The notes under the pieces are model-generated. The model saw only the letters and a program-made list of their open reading frames with translations, searched no databases and was not told the origin of the DNA. This document shows positions 61,501-64,000 of a stretch of DNA of 64,000 nucleotides, in pieces (position 1 is the first letter of the stretch; every line of letters begins with the position of its first letter). Source of the stretch: Iphione sp. A-MEVVRFRX5. Taxonomy: Eukaryota. The position numbers and the translations under genes were made by a program. The stretch spans positions 46,128,001-46,192,000 of the forward strand of contig OZ320315.1 of the NCBI GenBank assembly GCA_976226885.1. Reading direction: 5' to 3'.

Positions 61501-63808
61501 TTTAAAATAAAACTGAATTTCCTGGTTGATTGTAAGCGCATCCCTATTCTTGAGACCAAGCAAGGTATCATGTAAACGTCACACCAGCAAGAAGGTAAAT
61601 GACATTAGCACAGAACATTCTAGCTTTTCCAAGCCTTAGATCGGGCCTGAATGTATTGCTGATCATTTAAACTTATTATTTAGATGGGTAGCCATGCACA
61701 AAGCTGTTTCTGTCTGTAAGTAAGATACCAAGAGGACACATAGGTGGTCTTCACATGTATCCGTACAAAAAAAACATGTCTGCCGGTCCAGATATGTAAG
61801 TCCCCCCTGTGGATATGTAGTTAATTGCTTTCTTATTTAATGCCATGTTTCTTTACTATAGAGCTCCATATCCGTAGAAAAACCATCCCATATAGTTTTG
61901 GAATATGGATACGTGTCTGTATCCGTTTTGAACGGATACATGTGAAGACATCAGTAATATTGCTTTGGACTGATAAAATACGTCTACGGGTCCAGAGACA
62001 TTTTGAAAAAATATGGATACATGTAAAGACCGTCTTGAAACTTAAGAGCCCGTGCAAGGGGAACTGTCCATGACAGTGATGCGGTAAAAGTACAATCGTT
62101 GCTTCAGCTATCGCGTGATTTTCTGCGTTCGTATGGAGAACAAACCCAAGCACCAACCATTTGTTCGTTACGAAGTACTGCCTCCCTAATATGTAAGGAT
62201 AGTCAGCAGAGACGAGAGAGTCCGGAAACGGACATCCGTCATGCGACAAAATATGCCCATACCGATGGACACTCCACGAAGAACAAGACTGTGAAGAAAG
62301 ATCGAGGAAATGAATAGGAGTGGTCTTAAGCTGTTATCTCCAACTGGCTGTTCGGGAATTGTGGCGTAAAATTAACCTCCTGATTGAAACATCATGACTT
62401 CGAAGGACTTTGGTTAAAACGTATTTTAGGTTACCTAAATGTACACGATGTTTAATATTCATATGCTCATATTCATATTTATGACCGCATTTCAACAGGG
62501 TGGAAATGTACGATCACCAGTCAATGTGTGAAGTATGGACGAGGAGAGATTCCTCAGCCCCACCAATATCTTTAAATGTAAGAGCTTGCATTACTCTGGT
62601 TTTACTATAACATATATAATAGTCTTTTGGAGATAAAACATTTCAAGCAGACAATTAATATTTTAGAAATGCTCAATGATCTAGTAATGAAAGCAATGGA
62701 TCATCATACGCAACAGAATCTGAATCCTAGAACGATGTGGGAATGCCTATTTCCGTCTTGAAAAATCTGGCAAATCGATTTTTTTCTGTCCTTAACCCGT
62801 TAAGGTCGGCAGGTTGGGGTGATGATTTCCTCTGGAGGCGGGGCTTTAAAACAAGAATGTTCACATAGGGCTTTAAAACAAAAATGTTCACATAAGGCGG
62901 GGGTATATATCAAAATATGACCATAAATCAACTTTATATGAATTTTGCAAGAAAGAGACATATTTCACTGTATGTTTCTACAAGATAAGATTTGACTCCA
63001 AAAGCATAGACAGTTGTGAATGCAATACTTTGAAATTTTCTGGAAGGAAATATGGTTAAGATGCTATTTTAGATAATGCCTGAAGGCATTATCCGTCCTA
63101 GCCTGGGAATGCCTGAAGGCATTATCCGTCCTAGACTTGGAATACCTGAAGGCATTTTCCGTCCTTATAGGGTTAATTCAAATCACGGACCTCCTTGATA
63201 AATCTGTAACATAATGTTTTGCATTTCTTTTCCAGCCTTTTCAAAGCATATTTTCCTCTTTATTATGGTTTATACAAGAATTAGCACTGTAAGTAACCTC
63301 CCTGTTCCATTCTAAAGCAAAACCTTCGTACAGTAATACATGTATAACGAATACACTTTCTCAAGACACCTATATGTACAAGTACATATCTTTTTCGTTT
63401 CTGTATTCTCTAAGTAATATCTCGCAAGTTGAGTGGTAGATTGATGGGCCTAGCTTGGCTGCAAAGTTAAGGGCAATATATCCATCTGAAAGAGAATGTA
63501 AAATATGAGGACAAGACTGGCTGTTGAAAACGTACACATGTAAAGAGTAGGAAAGTCTGCCCACGTCAACCCTCGAAACAATATTCCCGTACATAATTCC
63601 TGCCGGATGTATGGCAGTCATATAACTGACCCTAGTTAAGACGCCCAACCCTGACGTGGGACAGACGTGGTTTATTGTAGGCTGTTACCATTACTGAAAC
63701 TCCATTCTTGTATGGTATTCTAATATGATACACTCTTTGATATTTGCAGATTTTTAGTAGAATTTAACTTCTATAGCCTATTTCAAGAAAAAGGAGTCAG
63801 AGCAGCAG
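31376..63808 (+). CDS. CACNA2D3: Voltage-dependent calcium channel alpha2/delta subunit, CACNA2D3/4-like (partial multi-exon gene; 31 exons reconstructed; lacks signal-peptide exon and 3' end)
   Basis: Spliced translation shows family motifs in the correct order: VNLSLSTLHVPSNVFD, WQYFCS-GVMRIFPG, FDCR-WY-QA-SPKDVIILLDTSGSM (VWA), VRVFSY-VAC, SRPMV-WTGPY, LLGVAAVDI, LGVNGYAFTLDNNGHILFHPEL, WSYC, CD-EL-LLFD, VVGLQM, CFLLDENGYVV, VGKFFGELDG, YDHQSMC, FLVEFN. All introns are GT-AG and exon phases chain without a stop. The symbol is the closest vertebrate type; the gene is probably co-orthologous to CACNA2D3 and CACNA2D4. Confidence 0.95.
32050..32520 (-). mobile_element. possible decayed LTR integrase fragment in alpha2delta intron
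   Basis: APLKSTP...FDVF...GN...WEAP resembles PLQPIP...DF-GP...GN-Y...PEA-P. Confidence 0.3.
33300..33570 (-). mobile_element. possible RTE-like LINE 3' fragment
   Basis: GC-rich island with minus-strand RWRRW / WIGHV motif (RW-WIGHV-R). Confidence 0.3.
35130..35400 (-). mobile_element. possible RTE-like LINE 3' fragment
   Basis: ELRLLFLGHL...LRH...PLLL...W resembles RRL-FAGH--RH...LLLW. Confidence 0.3.
35620..35730 (+). CDS. CACNA2D3: alpha2delta exon (EYLLMHPRVVPLDGRALLLQVKDTIEADLRGKAEAVE)
   Basis: ttctcag|...|gtaatg, 111 nt, phase 0-0; K-EAV motif. Confidence 0.85.
37094..37120 (+). repeat. (CA)n microsatellite
   Basis: Direct inspection. Confidence 0.85.
38275..38337 (+). CDS. CACNA2D3: alpha2delta exon (SIAIGAEYTYKKYVDPNKKHE)
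   Basis: gttacag|...|gtaagc, 63 nt, phase 0-0. Confidence 0.75.
38794..38926 (+). CDS. CACNA2D3: alpha2delta exon (PFDYLRAKRLN...PVNLSLSTLHVPSNVFDE)
   Basis: gttccag|...|gtagct, 133 nt, phase 0-1; matches PVNISLSDVQVPTNMY. Confidence 0.9.
39505..39636 (+). CDS. CACNA2D3: alpha2delta exon (QDVLKTVLWSNRLNFDFKKN...WQYFCSVHGVMRIFP)
   Basis: caaccag|...|gtatga, 132 nt, phase 1-1. Confidence 0.93.
40182..40233 (+). CDS. CACNA2D3: alpha2delta exon (GIAWPLPNDDFDCRSQRW)
   Basis: cccctag|...|gtatgt, 52 nt, phase 1-2; FDCR motif. Confidence 0.9.
40292..40451. mobile_element. 160-bp MITE with CAGGCCCGTAGCCA TIRs and 5-bp TSD (GATAG)
   Basis: TIR 40292-40307 vs 40436-40451 match 15/16; gatag directly repeated at 40287-40291 and 40452-40456. 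Confidence 0.85.
40478..40550 (+). repeat. (TC)n microsatellite
   Basis: Direct inspection. Confidence 0.95.
42218..42368 (+). CDS. CACNA2D3: alpha2delta VWA exon with DxSxS (YTQAISSPKDVIILLDTSGSMTG...NDFFNVIL)
   Basis: ttcctag|...|gtaagt, 151 nt, phase 2-0. Confidence 0.96.
42451..42495 (+). repeat. (TCTG)n microsatellite
   Basis: Direct inspection. Confidence 0.85.
42900..42974 (+). CDS. CACNA2D3: alpha2delta exon (VSDDITYMDTCLESILIQATSQNKK)
   Basis: ctcacag|...|gtgaaa, 75 nt, phase 0-0. Confidence 0.9.
43117..43206 (+). CDS. CACNA2D3: alpha2delta exon (RVKKMLKEVETEGISNFEQALVEAFTILNQ)
   Basis: ttttcag|...|gtaagt, 90 nt, phase 0-0. Confidence 0.92.
43945..43980 (+). CDS. candidate 36-nt cassette exon (VDPRTESEPESE)
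   Basis: cttttcacacttgtatacag|...|gtaaca; frame-preserving phase 0-0; no family counterpart recognised. Confidence 0.45.
44920..45033 (+). CDS. CACNA2D3: alpha2delta exon (PREPSGGAGGNQAIMLITTGVTNDYAPIFSKYNSHDQK)
   Basis: tttgcag|...|gtagga, 114 nt, phase 0-0; QAIMLIT and IF-KYN motifs. Confidence 0.9.
45772..45850 (+). CDS. CACNA2D3: alpha2delta exon (VRVFSYHVGQQTTGAHQTRTVACNNA)
   Basis: ttttgtag|...|gtagcc, 79 nt, phase 0-1. Confidence 0.92.
46018..46067 (+). CDS. CACNA2D3: alpha2delta exon (GFYSHIRSLADVRQQVQ)
   Basis: tttatag|...|gtaaat, 50 nt, phase 1-0. Confidence 0.9.
46222..46305 (+). CDS. CACNA2D3: alpha2delta exon (NYAHVMSRPMVMEKASPTAWTGPYKDTL)
   Basis: attacag|...|gtaaga, 84 nt, phase 0-0. 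Confidence 0.92.
51561..51623 (+). CDS. CACNA2D3: alpha2delta exon (GLGTVLTISKPVYDKKNDTAF)
   Basis: ttttcag|...|gtatgt, 63 nt, phase 0-0; exact 3' boundary slightly uncertain. Confidence 0.85.
51918..51986 (+). CDS. CACNA2D3: alpha2delta exon (RLLGVAAVDILVRDLEKHAPPHK)
   Basis: ttttggaag|...|gtagca, 69 nt, phase 0-0; AAG acceptor. Confidence 0.85.
52523..52597 (+). CDS. CACNA2D3: alpha2delta exon (LGVNGYAFTLDNNGHILFHPELKLK)
   Basis: tttacag|...|gtagga, 75 nt; hallmark Cache motif. Confidence 0.96.
52732..52809 (+). CDS. CACNA2D3: alpha2delta exon (WGTHHSPYLESMPLPLLEQGTAGIEA)
   Basis: ctaatag|...|gtgagt, 78 nt, phase 0-0; divergent, placed by position. Confidence 0.75.
52993..53064 (+). CDS. 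CACNA2D3: alpha2delta exon (VHEQMVQRESGSRSLEATIMFDGQ)
   Basis: attttag|...|gtaggt, 72 nt. Confidence 0.85.
53423..53484 (+). CDS. CACNA2D3: alpha2delta exon (RRIAKRMQTYFFAPVENTPY)
   Basis: tctccag|...|gtattg, 62 nt, phase 0-2. Confidence 0.9.
53791..53861 (+). CDS. CACNA2D3: alpha2delta exon (SVAVVLPDDYGQNWLDGRRKVADV)
   Basis: gtcatag|...|gtatga, 71 nt, phase 2-1. Confidence 0.88.
54111..54153 (+). CDS. CACNA2D3: alpha2delta exon (DLSSFKTSKGKLATW)
   Basis: attgcag|...|gtgagt, 43 nt, phase 1-2. Confidence 0.85.
54402..54508 (+). CDS. CACNA2D3: alpha2delta exon (SYCRVTANDSRPDPLETVLRYMDHGQNMRPEYATRC)
   Basis: gatccag|...|gtaagt, 107 nt, phase 2-1; W-SYC motif. Confidence 0.88.
54499..55130 (+). 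repeat. intronic minisatellite, ~12 degenerate units of ~50-58 bp
   Basis: Recurrent ctcac(c/t)aggtgt/gcaagtacatg...cactgtgataactaa units; the first unit overlaps the exon end and donor at 54508/54509. Confidence 0.9.
56780..56903 (+). CDS. CACNA2D3: alpha2delta exon (CDMELMESLLFDSQATRAAQNFW...APPQPK)
   Basis: tttccag|...|gtaagt, 124 nt, phase 1-2. Confidence 0.92.
57228..57400 (+). repeat. ~30-bp tandem repeat, 5-6 copies
   Basis: tttactcatcaaatt(t/c)a(c/g)cactttt repeated. Confidence 0.85.
57950..58270 (+). mobile_element. decayed tRNA-derived SINE-like element
   Basis: A-box-like cttggtaagag (~57958) and B-box-like ggtttaattct (~58007) at tRNA-like spacing, followed by a ~250-bp body. 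Confidence 0.4.
58305..58380 (+). repeat. ~75-bp dispersed repeat, second copy at ~59966-60041
   Basis: Shared tctaatagg...caa(a)tt..ggacagttt(g/a)agaaagaacca...tgtcca(a)ctgt. Confidence 0.6.
58497..58577 (+). CDS. CACNA2D3: alpha2delta exon (HGIESTFVGTKAGFTRYFSLSENFTD)
   Basis: tcttcag|...|gtaagt, 81 nt, phase 2-2. Confidence 0.92.
59023..59120 (+). CDS. CACNA2D3: alpha2delta exon (AFMVGQLNTVQEVYYQRSADSSHFVFTVPHQT)
   Basis: ttgacag|...|gtatat, 98 nt, phase 2-1; YY-R and FVF-VP motifs. Confidence 0.9.
59281..59552. mobile_element. 272-bp PIF/Harbinger-like MITE
   Basis: 22-bp TIRs ggcggtgttcacatacatcctg / caggatgtatgtgaaaagcgcc (20/22), flanked by TTA on both sides. Confidence 0.85.
60534..60730 (+). 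CDS. CACNA2D3: alpha2delta exon (KRTSSDQPPLVTITK...AAVVGLQMKYE...CPPTCESP)
   Basis: aatcaag|...|gtaagt, 197 nt, phase 1-0. Confidence 0.9.
60897..60959 (+). CDS. CACNA2D3: alpha2delta exon (ELDCFLLDENGYVVLSDITWE)
   Basis: tttccag|...|gtaagc, 63 nt. Confidence 0.95.
61320..61390 (+). CDS. CACNA2D3: alpha2delta exon (VGKFFGELDGTLMSALIQSGTTD)
   Basis: ttgacag|...|gtatgg, 71 nt, phase 0-2. Confidence 0.95.
61742..62035. mobile_element. MITE related to the 59281 element
   Basis: 21-bp TIRs aggtggtcttcacatgtatcc / ggatacatgtaaagaccgtct (18/21); extra internal TIR-like copy near 61934; no clean TSD. Confidence 0.65.
62499..62577 (+). CDS. CACNA2D3: alpha2delta exon (VEMYDHQSMCEVWTRRDSSAPPISLN)
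   Basis: tcaacag|...|gtaaga, 79 nt, phase 2-0. Confidence 0.92.
62796..63172. mobile_element. piggyBac-like non-autonomous element
   Basis: TTAA at 62792-62795 and 63173-63176; termini cccgttaaggtcgg / ccgtccttataggg (11/14); three subterminal 33-bp repeats containing the aatgcc-tgaa-ggcatt palindrome; internal 27-bp duplication near 62840. Confidence 0.75.
63236..63288 (+). CDS. CACNA2D3: alpha2delta exon (PFQSIFSSLLWFIQELAL)
   Basis: tttccag|...|gtaagt, 53 nt, phase 0-2. Confidence 0.9.
63750..63808 (+). CDS. CACNA2D3: alpha2delta exon (FLVEFNFYSLFQEKGVRAA)
   Basis: tttgcag|...|gtacac, 59 nt, phase 2-1; FLVEFN as in vertebrate alpha2delta-3. Confidence 0.9.
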
Positions 63809-64000
63809 GTACACGTACATTCTGTCTGTTAAACTTAACATTATTTAATGGGTACCTAACACTGGTACAGTTAGGTCGTTTCTTATTGCCCAATGTTGTA
63901 AAGATACTAAACTGTTGTTATCCTTGTACGTGTAGTCAGTATTCCAGTTCACCGTCAGAATAATTTTACTGACATGAACTCGAAAGTGTCGTTAGAGAAT

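Overview
Eukaryotic (animal, probably marine invertebrate) genomic DNA, AT-rich, with spliceosomal GT-AG introns. The right half (31,376 to beyond the window end) holds a + strand voltage-gated calcium channel alpha2/delta subunit gene of the CACNA2D3/4 (straightjacket-like) type. I reconstructed 31 phase-consistent coding exons (2,681 nt, 893 full codons, no internal stop). The signal-peptide exon is not securely located, and the delta/C-terminal exons lie past position 64,000. The protein departs from the family consensus at several functional sites: MIDAS Asp->Thr, a lost VWA disulfide Cys, and Arg->Gln in the dCache amino-acid/gabapentinoid motif. There is also a candidate extra acidic micro-exon in the VWA domain, and an intronic minisatellite built from copies of an exon's 5' splice site. 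The left half (1 to about 31 kb) has no intact gene. It is a graveyard of heavily decayed Gypsy-like LTR and LINE fragments, all of those I could read lying on the minus strand. The introns carry several MITEs, a SINE-like element and micro/minisatellites. All homology calls are by-eye motif recognition; no database search was run.
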